Positions 32,428 to 55,242 are shown, numbered from the stretch's first letter. The stretch: DNA of 64,000 nucleotides from Tubulanus polymorphus (GCF_964204645.1 NC_134030.1:6490778-6554777), one strand, 5' to 3'. Notes: generated by a model not told the origin, from the letters alone. Numbers and translations: made by a program.

Positions 32428-34822
32428 TATCTTTATGAAGTAAGTGGTAATATGAACTCTAACACGTTTTAGATTCAATGGTAGCACGGGATGGAATATG
32501 TCCACACCTTACCAAATATAATTTTGCGTACATATGCAATGAAGTATAAGTGAGTCATAAAAAAGATTTAGGTCGAAGATTGGTTTGCCTAAGTCTATCC
32601 GCTATTTCATTTACCGAATTTTTCGTGTTTGTGAAATGTCATCTAATCGACCAATATTGAATTAATTCCTAAATTCTTACCAAAAACAGAACAAGATTTA
32701 TTTCAGCAATCAAGAGATTTTTCGAATGAAATAAGAAAAGAGAACTCTGAATATCAGGCTGGATGGGATGGCAGTCTTGCCAATGAAAGCCTTCCGACCA
32801 GCGACACTTCAGCGGTGCAACACGTGACTGCCTAAAAAGCGGGCTTCGGTTCAACTCATGTCGGTCTCGGGCTGCATTCAAAAAACCATCAGATCTTGCA
32901 CAAAAGCCCAAGACACTCTATTTTAGTGTATACAAGAGATTCTAAGTGGCAGTGTTGACAGTTAGTAAAGGCAGCACAAGTTATTCCTCTCCCAGAAAAT
33001 TTAAGTAATTGTTAAAGGCGGGGGCGTTGGTCGTATCTCAATGCCGATCACTGCCGAATTTTGGAATTTCATGGCAATAAAGAAGACCCCTTTTGCGCGT
33101 AATCTCAAACTCAAGCGGGTACAGATCAGTCGTCAGGAAAGATATTTTAAAAAATTCAACGCAGGCTTTAACTGCAAATAACCCTCTTTAACCTCTGTGA
33201 AAATTGGAAATATAGCTTTAAGAGATACTTCAAAATTATAAAATATTGCGATTTCTTTTACGCATGGTTAAGATATGCGGTCCTTGGTTTCACATCGTCA
33301 CTGTTCTCAATTGTTGCGTTCAAAAATTCCAAGAATCGCCAGCAAATATCTGCATTTCATTTCCTTTAAAATGGTGTGTAAATTGATTTCGTCGAGCAAG
33401 GGACTGCAGAACTATATGATATTCAATCTAAACTTATGTTTTAAAAATGAGCGCAAATTATCGCAACAATGGGGACCTCGCGGGACCGCCACAAAATGGC
33501 GCCTAGAAACTGGAAACTTCTTTATTTAGAAAACAATCCAGATATTTTGATACCAAATCCTCTGAGTAGTCCTCACTTCAGTAAGTCTAATTGAGAGAAA
33601 CGTGTGTACCAGTCAATCATCGCAAGTTTGTGATAGCTCGTAGATGCAACTGACAGATGCCTGTGATATGCTTATGGATCGAAGCAATATTAATTACTGG
33701 GAAAGGAGGGTTCGGGCGAACCATGCGTATGTTGGTAGTGAAACAATCACCCACAATAATAATTTCCTCGAACAAATCAGTTCCAACGCGCGAGATCATC
33801 CTTTGAGATCATTTTAAGACTAGTTAACAAGCAAACCATTTTCTGTAACTTGATCTAAACTTTATTTGAATATAAAACATTTTCTGTTATGATATAACTA
33901 TTTCGTTACTCTGAAGGAATATTGCTATCTCCATTTGACCGAATTAAGCAAGGTTTACTGTATTCAAATATATACTCCCAGCAGATTTTCGATACAAAAA
34001 AAGGAGATATGAAATCCACATCATCGTTTCTTTCGTCGTCACCTTACGTTGGACGGAACAAAACCTGATTCATCGTTTAAAAAGCAACTCAAAAAATGAG
34101 TTAGAAAATCTCCACGCAACAAGATTCCTATTGAAAAGAAACAATTTCAGCAGTTGGTGACATATTCACAACAAATCGATCAACATTCAATTTAGTAATT
34201 CGAAGTTAACGTGATCTTCAATGAGTTATCGACGTGCATTATATAGATAAATGGGCAGTCTTAAAGAATTAATGTAGCTGATCAGATTTTATTCATTTCA
34301 TTTAGAACTAGAATCTTCATCTAGAATTTTACCAAATGTGAATGATATTTGCTTTTCTTTTAAATTTGAAGACCCAGAGATCACCTGTATTGTTGGTATA
34401 TAAGTCAAGATTGTTGGTAAATGAATAGATATTCTTCTTCAAAGCAGTGGGTACAGAAAGTTGATAGGGGCTCAATATTTTCCTAGCTATACAAGAGTAT
34501 GCTAGATTTACAAATACGTGTAGATATAAAATACAGCAGAATGGACGGAAATTCCTTATCTTGTTACAAAGTCTCCAGTACCTGATTTTAAAGACTGATT
34601 CTAATCCAACCCTGCAGATTGGGGTAAACGCATCTGTACGTCTACCAAATCAACACCAGCGGTAAAACTAGTACCCCTGGTAATGTCACATTGTCAAAAT
34701 GACGCATTTTAAATCAGCTAAGTCACTGTGAATACATAATCGGTCAGATACCAAATATAACCTGATATCTCGATCACTGAATATCACTCTGTTAACTATT
34801 TACACACAAAATTTACAGTTTA

Positions 34823-35036
34823 GGCTAAAAAATGATACTTCGTTTCTCCTGATCAGCCGGGGCACTTCTGTAAACTGCAATCAAATTTGTAATCAGTTCA
34901 TTTCTATAGCTGCCGGGTCTATTATGGTTAGTTTGATCGTGATCTTAAAAAGATTAATGTACAGGGTAGATAGGCGGCCGGTCGGGTCAATTCTTAAACT
35001 CAGCAGAAATGAGAAACGAGGTATCAACTTTTAGCC
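34823..35036 (-). mobile_element. Kolobok-like MITE in putative DCLK3 3' UTR
   Basis: GGCTAAAA...TTTTAGCC ends with TTAA-like flanks. Reverse complement of 22140-22341. Confidence 0.8.
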
Positions 35037-36090
35037 TTACAGAAGCAGCGTACAACCACCGAACTGAATATAGGATAAAAATCGACGAATAAAATGAATA
35101 CATAACAAATTGAACTGAAATACTACAGCTTGCCCGACAAGAGACAATAATAGAATGCATTAACAAAAACTGTGACAGCATATAACAAAACATTTATATA
35201 TAATATATATGAATATATACATTATACATGTACAATAAACTATTATTAAGAAATATCACAGACAACTAACATGGACTTAGTTTAAGTAACTACTGCCATC
35301 TGGAGGTAAACATCTATTAATTATTGTGACTGAGGCCTATATTGCGATTTGTACACAAGCACAGAAAGCAGACGCGTCAGGACTTTGTGAAAAAATCATA
35401 TTTTACTACATATCTGACAGGTCAATAGTGAGAATGCAGTAATTGAAATTGGAAAGCAATAATGATTTTTTCATGTTCGAAATAGAAAAATATCAGCTTT
35501 CCTATAAGAAGGAATGCTATATCATAAATGCTGAAAACACTAACTGTTGTGAAAATTTGCGTGTGCTACGTTTGTGCAAACTGTGATAAATCATTCATTT
35601 GGCACTTATCAAACTACAATATTAGTGTTTAATTACTGTTACAATGAAATCCTTTGTATTTCATCAGATCTATTACAGCTCCAACTAATTTCTAAGCTTA
35701 GTAAATACACTCGCGACTTGTAAACTTAAATCTACCGGCTTCTGATGAATCTCTATCGTGTAATTTCTCAAGGAGCATCGATACAACTACAGATAAAAAA
35801 ATATCTAGTGAGATTCTATGAATGTGTGAGTTCTTTTGAAATGTTGTGAATTGGACGGATAATTTATCACAATATTTCCTCATTTACATGATAATAACTG
35901 ATCAGATTATTATGACCTAGTTCTGTAATGGTGGCCTCGATACACATAGAATTACGACTCTTCGAGATCGTCCGTTCAATAAAAGATGTCAAACTTATTA
36001 ACGGCGACTGCAGAACCGGGTCGTGAGTAACGACAATTTACAGATTCTGTGTTTTCTAGTTCAGAAATAAATCATCTGCTCCTATGCTAT

Positions 36091-46191
<10,101 letters not shown>

Positions 46192-46477
46192 CTTCAATGA
46201 TGCATCATTTTTAAAGTCGAAAATCTGCCACCGCCGTCTTGGTCATCATAGCTAATCCAATGTTATCAAATCCTGAAAAATAAAGAATTGACTCTTGAAA
46301 CCGAAATCAAACAGGGTGGCCACTTTTATTTCCCCTATTCCTTGTCAGGCACGTTGTTTTCCCTGACATGATCTGCTAAGAATCTGATCAATTAACAGTC
46401 GGATACTAATTAAAACATGTTGACAGAAACTGTTTGATTTTTCGCACGATCTAGCAATCTCAACAAATTTCACTGAG

Positions 46478-46585
46478 GAGCTCTGGCTTTGACGTCCAGG
46501 GACTTTGAAGAATCTGATTTTGTTAAAGTAGCTCATTTTATTGATGAAGCAGTGAAGATATCAGTTGAAGCTAAACCAAAAACAG
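46478..46585 (+). pseudogene. Isolated exon of serine hydroxymethyltransferase (SHMT2-like)
   Basis: AG|(G)ALALTSRDFEESDFVKVAHFIDEAVKISVEAKPKT|GTAACG resembles the SHMT C-terminal GAPALTSR..E.DF..V..FIDE segment. No other SHMT exon was seen in the window. Confidence 0.8.
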
Positions 46586-46873
46586 GTAACGTAAAAATCT
46601 CCCTCGAATAGGAATAACTTTTAACTTTTAACTTTAACAGAGTGGCCACTTTCCACCAATTTAGTTTTCCCTGATTTTTTTTATTCCCTGAGGTTCTCTG
46701 GTTTTCCAGGTCAGTGGTCACCCGCGGCCGTTTTCTATATTCTAATTTGCTGATGCGCCAGCTAAACTGTTACCATGGTAGTTGCTTCCCTTAGTTATAA
46801 CTTAAGCCTAGCCAAGAGCTGCATATTATTCTTACAGTAGTAACAGTGTGGACACATACACAAAATTGTGGAA

Positions 46874-47136
46874 CAGTGGAACCTCAGATAAAACAACTTA
46901 TATCAGTTATTACAAAATTTTATCTTCTTCTTATTCTTATAGTAATTTAATACTGGATATAACGAACTATTGGTTTATAAAACTATCAGGGGCCGGTTGC
47001 TCAAAAGTTGGTTTAAGTCTGACCAGTGAATAAATTATATGAACTTTTAATCGTCATTTAATGTCATCTATAAACTGTTTAACTAATTTTCTTGATTTTC
47101 TGGTCCCCTGAAGTGTGTTGTGACGAGGTTCCACTG
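46874..47136. mobile_element. Tc1/mariner-pogo type MITE
   Basis: CAGTGGAACCTC...GAGGTTCCACTG followed by TA. Confidence 0.7.
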
Positions 47137-48124
47137 TATAAACCCTTCAATCTGTGAAAATAACTGATCACAAAGTCTGCTTTATACACACTTACCAAAG
47201 AAAGATAAGAGTATTACTCAAAAAATTATTCCATCACTCGGACAATGGGCGTAATGTCTCCTTAAACATGAAAACGTGATGTCACCCGGTAATTTTATTT
47301 CTTTAAGAAGCACATTACCGGTAGTTATAATAAACAATTCCACTAAACATAGAGACAAAACAGCTTTATCTATCGACGTAGTATCGGGCATGAATATAGT
47401 TTCAGTAAGACACACCACTGGCAGCACTATTTAAACCTTTCAAATCTAATCCTGTTTTTATGCCGAAAAAAAAAAACACACGCGAAAACATGATTACCGG
47501 TTATGTATACGGCATATATACATACAATTTCAATATTGTAGAAAGCGCTCAGAAATTAATAACTAATCATTATGGGTAATAACGATCATATATAACAACT
47601 GGAGAAAACTGAAGAAGTCATTGGCCCCGACGCTGTTCTAACCCTTTCAATACCCGCCCGCATATATATACATAAATACGTATGTATAAACTTTCCATAG
47701 AATGCCAAGGTATTCACATTATATGGTTACTTGCAGTAAGACAATAACTGAGATCAATGAGCGTCCAATATCTTAACCTGTACGCAAAATATACTGTTCA
47801 TATTTCAATGAATTACGTACAGCTATTAACCCCAGCCCCCCCCCCTCATAAAGGGGTTTAAGGGAAACGCCAAATTTGTGTCCTAATGCAGGTGACTTGA
47901 TGAATAAGTGATTGAAAAAATATCTCAGCAGTTCATGAATATTTCAATGAAGCGATCAGTTGCAATGATTCACATACAGTCCCTGGAGAATTATGTTTGA
48001 GAAAACATGCTTTTATGTGATTAGTTTTTCAAAGCCAAAATCTGGCGAAGGAAAAGTTCTACAAAGTAAGACAATCAAATTGTCTATTTTCTACAAACTA
48101 AATATATGAAAATTTATCTTTATA

Positions 48125-48419
48125 CAGGGTGACCACTTTCGTACTATATACAGGGTGAGCATTTACAAATCCAGTTTTCCATGTGATTACAAAAGTCCCT
48201 GAGTCAATTAGAGAAATCTCTTGGTTACAATTACACTTGGTGAAAATGTTACAATTAATTCACTTTTCAGTGAATCTCTAACTGATAAAGAAACACTGTG
48301 GTCAAAAGCATTAGGCCTATCCAAATTCTCTGAGATTTCCAGGTTGTTGGTAAAATTTGTCAAGTTTTTCAAGATTTTCCTCATTCTCTGAGATTCCCAG
48401 TTTAACAGTGGCTACCCTG
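48125..48419. mobile_element. MITE, CAGGGTG family
   Basis: CAGGGTGACCACT...AGTGGCTACCCTG. Confidence 0.65.
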
Positions 48420-49494
48420 TTATATCGCTGCAGTGAGCAGCAATGTATGCACAATAATAATAACACTGACGAGCATAAATCAATGAATGTCCCGCACGAC
48501 TGGTATCCAAGTGCCTCGTGACTAATGAGGCGCTTTTTTATTTATTGCTCCTCGCGACATAACTCTGCCGCCTGTCACTGGTCCCTTGGTTATTTCAGTT
48601 GCAGGTGAAAAATCTAATTAAATTTCACTCGCGAGAGACTTATTGAAATGTCCGACGACGATATTCGTGGAATTCGCTACTAATAAATCAAACGGAAGTC
48701 ATCTTGTCGCGGCAATGCAATTATTGATTTTAGATCTTTATACGCGGTAACTGGTGTTAATGCATTAAATGTTATGAAATTAATAGAATCAGACTGTAGA
48801 TTAAAGACAATAAAAGTAGCCATATTCTTTTATTTGCGATTATGAATAACAGAGCATGTAGCAAACCACAAATCTTAGCCCTCCGGTTTTGATCGTAGTT
48901 ACTGACTAATTGATCAATGGTGTTAAGCCAGTACAATCTGACGGCAGGGTGCAAGGTTCCGGGTTTGTGAAACTATCCGATCAAGAAATTAAACCTTCAC
49001 AAGATATAGTCCTCGTATAGTTAGTTACCTAATCATACCAACTGACAATGCTGTGGAAATATCTGATCGTAAAACTAAACCACACTGACACTGACAGACA
49101 GGTTACCGACTTTAATTTTAGTTAGTCCTTTTGCCTGGCGAGTAGTGTGGTACTGTATTGATTTGTGAAAAAAGCTACATAAAATTCTGGAACAATTTCT
49201 TAGATATTTGCGATCACTGAGAGACGAACAACGAATAGTTAGTAAAAGGATAGTGAAAATCTGATAAAATATTCTGGCAGTGACATCAATAAAATATATT
49301 TACGTTGAATTGATTTTTGCTTTGAGATAACCGAAAGATAGCAATTTTTTGTTCTATTATAGTCGTACATAGAGTATTAAAACTTAACCAAAGAACAAAT
49401 TTTACCAACTACTTGACATTCTTTTTCACAACGTCTTTAAATGAACCTAATTATCTGAAAACTTAAACAAGAACGTAGAAAAGTGGTGACTTAC

Positions 49495-49740
49495 GTGAGA
49501 GAAATTAGATTATTCTGACAGATCGAGTGTGTACGCACCTGCCGCCGCCATGTTGTTTACCTCTGTATCTAACACGATTATACGGCAGCCGATTAGGCGA
49601 CCCCGGTTAAACTACGGTAGACGAGAATGAGTAGACTGGTCGCCGCTTGTGACGTGGACATCCCCGAAAACCCGGAAGTGATTCTTTTTGTTTGTAGCTT
49701 TTCGCCAGTTCGAGTGTTGACACGCAATCAAACGATAAAT
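49495..49740. promoter_or_regulatory. Compact bidirectional promoter, DCLK3 (-) / SEC61G (+)
   Basis: Divergent GTAAGT donors at 49495 (-) and 49740 (+). YY1-like AACATGGCGG (-) near 49545, TGACGTGG 49650-49657, ETS CCGGAAGTG 49672-49680. Confidence 0.65.
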
Positions 49741-50107
49741 GTAAGTTAGAGAAGCCAAAACAGAACGAAATAAATACGTCGATACTTTCATATTCCGAAA
49801 ACGAATTGTCTAAATTAATTTGAAGCTATCGTATAGATCTTATGTGACTGAAATCGATGTTGACGTAAAAGCGAAGTCAATTCAATTTCAATCCACCACA
49901 TATTTATTTCGTGTGTTTGATTTGACTATGTATTGGACATATCTCATGATTTAGTCAAGTACTACAAAAAGTAATCTTGAACGTGGCTATCGTTAGCATG
50001 GTGAAATGTTGAATTGTCTCCACACTTTAAACGTGGGCAAGTGTTTCTCATATTCAATGGTTGGTTTATCATGTGCATGTTGTATCATGTTTTTCATTAG
50101 ATTCACC

Positions 50108-50698
<591 letters not shown>

Positions 50699-51380
50699 AG
50701 AAGAGGTCACAACCCCACCTGAACTTCCTAATGTGTATAGTTTCACAACATTCTGAAGAAGAGATCGTTGAAATATGATATGTGTGTTTTATTTAAAAAT
50801 GTATTGTCTCTAAAAAATGAAAATAAAATAAAGTTATCTAATCTACTTAGAAGAATATGTTGTACTGTATTTTGATTATTCGATGTATGGCATTTTGCAG
50901 TTGACTAGGAAGAAACCTATACCATGACTCCAAAATAAGACTCGTACACCAACTGATGGAGATACTGTTTTCGATGAGGCTTTATTCTCTAACTTAATCC
51001 ACTAGTAGTAAAATGAACCTGGGGTCAGTTTTGGTAAGATGAGTTCAGACCCAGAGACGGCATCATGCAAAGAGTTTTCCTTAGTTGTAGTACCACCAGT
51101 GGCATTCAGTTGTATTGAGGATCTGTCGTGGGTGTAAGGCTCTCTGAGGAGGCTCAGGGGCCTGTTGCAAAAGATATCCTAGGTACACTGTAAAAATGCG
51201 TAACTGTATAAACTGTTTTAAAGGAACCTAGGATACTGGGGTCAAACGATTTGCGTCAGGCCTCGGTGGTAGTACCCGGGATCCCTGATTTGATTGTGCA
51301 ATAAATTGTGAATTCAATTGTGCCGTTCGTCAAAAGTCCGGATACGGATATTATACTTTACCATCGGAACCAGTCTACTA

Positions 51381-51415
51381 TCTCGCGCATGCGCCCAATC
51401 CACTAAAAACACGTG
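51381..51415 (+). promoter_or_regulatory. FBL proximal promoter motifs
   Basis: NRF1-type GCGCATGCGC 51385-51394, CCAAT 51395-51399 and E-box CACGTG 51410-51415, just before the ATG. Confidence 0.6.
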
Positions 51416-51437
51416 TGTCGAAGAACAGAAATAAATC

Positions 51438-54400
51438 ATGGGAAGACCAGGTAAAACAACCTTTTTATACTCGCAAATCGATTTAATTCGCTTTTCTTTT
51501 CAATGCTTTGAAAATATAGACATCTTAGTACCTGAAGAACTCTTTTGAGTTAGCTATCGAGATTTGCTTACTTATTTTTTGGACAATTTTCAGTTCTAAG
51601 ACTGTCCCGTCGGTGTATTTGCCTGCCTCGTGTCGCCCGTTTCATTGATTTAGAAAACCGGGTACCCTGTGGTTTTTACCCTTTTTCTTGCATTGGTAAT
51701 TGATACATTTCTTTTTTTGTTTTGCAGGTTTCTCTCCGAGAGGTGGCGGTAGAGGCAGTGGCCGAGGTGGATATGGAGGTCGTGGAGGTGGTGACCGTGG
51801 TGGTCGAGGTTAGTATGATCGTCTCGGGTGTCCGGCGAGATAGATACAAAGCACACTCTTGCTGTTCAAGTTGGTCATCTCAAATTCATGATTTCAAACT
51901 TGGAATATGTGTGCCACAGAATATCTGTAAAATATTTGAAAGAAATCATCATTGAAGTGAGATAACTTTCACTTAGTCATCAGTACAAAAATTTATATTG
52001 AAAAAAAAAAAAAATTCTTTCCCTGTTCCTTTTTTTAACATTTGTGAAATCAAATGATAATCGATTTTCACAATTTTACAGGCGGAGGCCGGGGTGGTTT
52101 TCGAGGTGGCCGAGGCGGCGGTGGAGGTCGTGGTACTCCTCGAGGTCGTGGCGGAGGACGCGGCGGTCGTGGAGGACGAGGTGGTATGAGAGGAGGAGCT
52201 AAAGTAGTCGTTGAACCTCATCGTCACGATGGTGTGTTCATCGCCCGCGGTAAAGAAGATGCACTCGTCACATTGAACATGGTGCCCGGTGATACTGTAT
52301 ATGGTGAAAAGAAAATTGCTGTTGAGGTAATGGATATTTCTGGTTTTAGGTCTAGACTTGTAGCCTCTTAAGTAAGGTTGCCCACTATTAAACCTTGGGG
52401 AATTTAACACATTTTACCATAAACTTAGAAAATTCATGGAATTCGGATATCACTATTGAACATATGTTTCTTTATCAGTACTTGATTGAATGATAATGAA
52501 TGAATTGTAACATTAGATCTAGGAATTTCTCATAATTCATTCAGGAAGTTCTCTATAATCTCAGGGGATTCATAAATGGGTGGAAAGTGACCACGGTGGT
52601 CGTGCACCTTGTCATGATAACTTAGAATGCTATGAATGAATGAAGTTGGATTTAATATTTCTTAATTTATCGACAAGTTGAACCACTTATAAACAGGTCT
52701 TTACTCGATAAGTGAGTTTTGTACTTGGTAGCGAGTGGAATAGTATGATCTTCAGCTGATGACAGACTTATTTATTTCTCAAGAAATATTGTATTTGCTC
52801 TGTTCAGCAAAAGGAACACTTTCTGCTCGGATGTAAAGATCTGATTTGAATCACTATGGACTCTAGGTCTAAAATTTATTATTGTTTCTTGCAGACTGGT
52901 GAAACCAAAACTGAATACAGAGCCTGGAATCCATTCCGATCGAAGTTAGCCGCTGCGATTCTTGGCGGTGTCGATAAAATTCACATGCCTCCCGGCAGTA
53001 AAGTCTTGTACCTCGGTGCTGCATCGGGAACAACTGTCAGTCACGTATCAGACATAGTCGGACCGGTGAGTAAATGCAAAATGCCCAAAACTCATTCAAA
53101 GAAATTGATTGAATTTTAATACGGTTTGATCAGGGGATTTTGGATCAAAAAATTTGAATTCCATGATCTGTAAGAATCCTGGTTCTGCTCCATGTGGTTA
53201 ACTCAAGGTTCGATTGAGTTGTGAATTTAACAATTTATATTTTTGTGTTTGAAGGAAGGATTGGTGTACGCGGTTGAATTCTCACACAGAAGCGGCCGTG
53301 ATTTGATCAACGTCGCGAAAAAACGAACGAACATCATCCCGATCATTGAAGACGCTCGACATCCTCATAAATACAGAATGCTCGTCGGTAAGTCGAGAGA
53401 AAGAATCGGTCATTCATCTGAACAACTTTTATTTTCACTCCCGAGAACGCGCGCTGAACGTTAATTATATTTCTAGGTATGGTCGACACGATATTTGCCG
53501 ATGTCGCTCAGCCCGATCAAGCTCGTATCGTCGCTATTAATGCTCATAACTTCCTCAAAAATAACGGTCATATTGTTATCTCGATAAAGGTAAGCTGCGT
53601 TGAGAGCGGCGTTGACTGATCGCTCAAATGATGAAATGTCTTTAGTTCTTGAATATCAATGATAGCAACTACTGATCTAATCTGATGAGAATGTCAACGA
53701 TTCATGTTTTATTATTTTACCGACCGTGTATATAGGAATGTTAGCCGAGCGATTATTCATTTGAACCAACATGTGTTAAAAACCACTAAAAAATACAGGT
53801 CTTTACTCTTGCTGATGAGTTTAGTACTTGGTAGCGAGTGGAATAGTATTATTATCTCAAGAGTTGACTCCACTTAACTTCAATTACTGTTTGGTTTAGT
53901 TGTGTTGATTCATAGGTACACAATTTCTTAATATTAATACTCCGTTGTCAATTCTTTATCAGCAGTTAATGATTCAGCAATACCCGCTTAGTTTGGATTA
54001 TTTGGGGCCAATAAAATATATCTGTTTCATAAGTGGCTATAAGACATTTGTATTAAGTGGGTTTTGCTAATTCCCTCGTGTGATTGGCTTTGTATCTCAG
54101 ATGATGATAACGTTAGTTCTTGAATTCATTTGTGAGAGAAACAACTGATCTAATCTGATGGGATTCATTACTGCAATATGGCGACTTGACCGTATTTTCT
54201 GTCGGAGTATTTTACATTCGGTTGTTTATGAATTGTAGGCGAACTGTATCGATTCGACGGCAACGCCTGAAGCGGTCTTCGCCGGAGAAGTCAATAAACT
54301 TAAACTGGAGAAAATCAAACCGCAAGAACAGTTAACGTTAGAGCCGTATGAAAGAGATCACGCTGTAGTCGTCGGTGTTTACAGGTTAGTATCTCGAGCT

Positions 54401-54489
54401 CTGTTCATTTTCATCATGTCTCCATGATTGTATTCCTATTCAGTAATTTCCTATGATGTTATATTTTTAGAGCGCCTCCGAAGAAGTGA
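51438..54489 (+). CDS. FBL: Fibrillarin, rRNA 2'-O-methyltransferase
   Basis: Exons 51438-51450, 51728-51808, 52082-52326, 52895-53065, 53255-53387, 53477-53589, 54239-54384, 54471-54489. RGG/GAR domain, [61 protein letters not shown]. Confidence 0.97.
51819..51990 (+). ncRNA. Probable box H/ACA snoRNA, FBL intron 2
   Basis: Pocketed hairpin GCACAC/GTGTGC + TTCAAGTT/AACTTGGA + TCAT/ATGA (51851-51914). It is flanked by ANANNA motifs (ATACAA 51844, ACAGAA 51916), with a later ACA at 51985. Boundaries are ambiguous. Confidence 0.55.
52698..52821 (+). ncRNA. Box H/ACA snoRNA-like RNA (copy A), FBL intron 3
   Basis: Hairpin TTTACTC..GAGTGGA, H box ATAGTA 52740-52745, second hairpin (GCTGA/TCAGC, ACAGA/TCTGT), ACA 52816-52818. 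Paralog in intron 6. Confidence 0.7.
53623..53689 (+). ncRNA. Box C/D snoRNA (copy 1), FBL intron 6
   Basis: Box C ATGATGA 53628-53634, box D CTGA 53682-53685, terminal stem CTCA/TGAG, outer stem CGTTGAC/GTCAACG. Shares TTAGTTCTTGA and ACTGATCTAATCTGA with copy 2. Confidence 0.85.
53800..53925 (+). ncRNA. Box H/ACA snoRNA-like RNA (copy B), FBL intron 6
   Basis: Shares ACAGGTCTTTACTC and GTACTTGGTAGCGAGTGGAATAGTAT with copy A. H box 53843-53848, second hairpin, ACA at 53918-53922. Confidence 0.7.
54094..54164 (+). ncRNA. Box C/D snoRNA (copy 2), FBL intron 6
   Basis: Box C ATGATGA 54101-54107, box D CTGA 54155-54158, terminal stem ATCTCA/TGGGAT. Box D is 80 nt upstream of the 3' splice site. 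Confidence 0.85.
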
Positions 54490-55242
54490 GGTTGATCGAT
54501 CATAGGAATGAGTATTATGGTCTCGATACCAGTCGACGTGTAAATAGGGAATGTTTCTGTGGATTGTAACGGCTACGAATGAATCGAACTTGCTGAGAGG
54601 ATTTTAACGATGTATATCTGAACGAATCATGCATTTAGGAGGGCGACTGCGGAATATTATTGTATGTGAATACAACGTATTTTAATTTAATCATTGTATT
54701 CTACGATTTGTACAGAATAAAGGAATATACATTTTATTTCTTATGATAACTCATATAGTTCACTAGTAAATAGTTTTACTGGATTGAGAAGATGCAGTCA
54801 TGATATCCCGCTCGTTGTGTTCTTGCTGAAATAGCATCAAATCCGGAAATTTCTAACGCAGAAGGCAACCCACATCTGGTCTTTGGTGTAGTTGGTTCAT
54901 CGGCATGTCCTTTCCTTCCTAGATGCTCGCCTTTTAATTTTACTAGATACACGATCTGCTAAGGGGCAATAGGATGAGATGGTAGTGTGTATCATTTCTA
55001 GAGGACTGCCTGCGGGACGAGAAACATTGGCGAGACAGGGTCATACTCTCCAAAAATGAGTGAACGAACATAAAATATTCCACTACAATGAAATTTTATT
55101 TAAATAACATTAGTAACTATTATTCATACAAACAATTTGAAAGGTGACTCGTCGAGATAATTTTCAAACTTTCTTCATGGAATTCAATTAGTTATTCTAT
55201 TTCATCACACAACGCACGCTCGGTATAAAACTACATGTTCGT

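Noticed and set aside
54850-54940. Minus-strand RKERTCR*TNYTKDQ resembling a homeodomain or HTH N-terminus; tRNA-like A box on the plus strand
   Set aside because: Too short, interrupted by a stop, no recognition helix, and no B box or cloverleaf.
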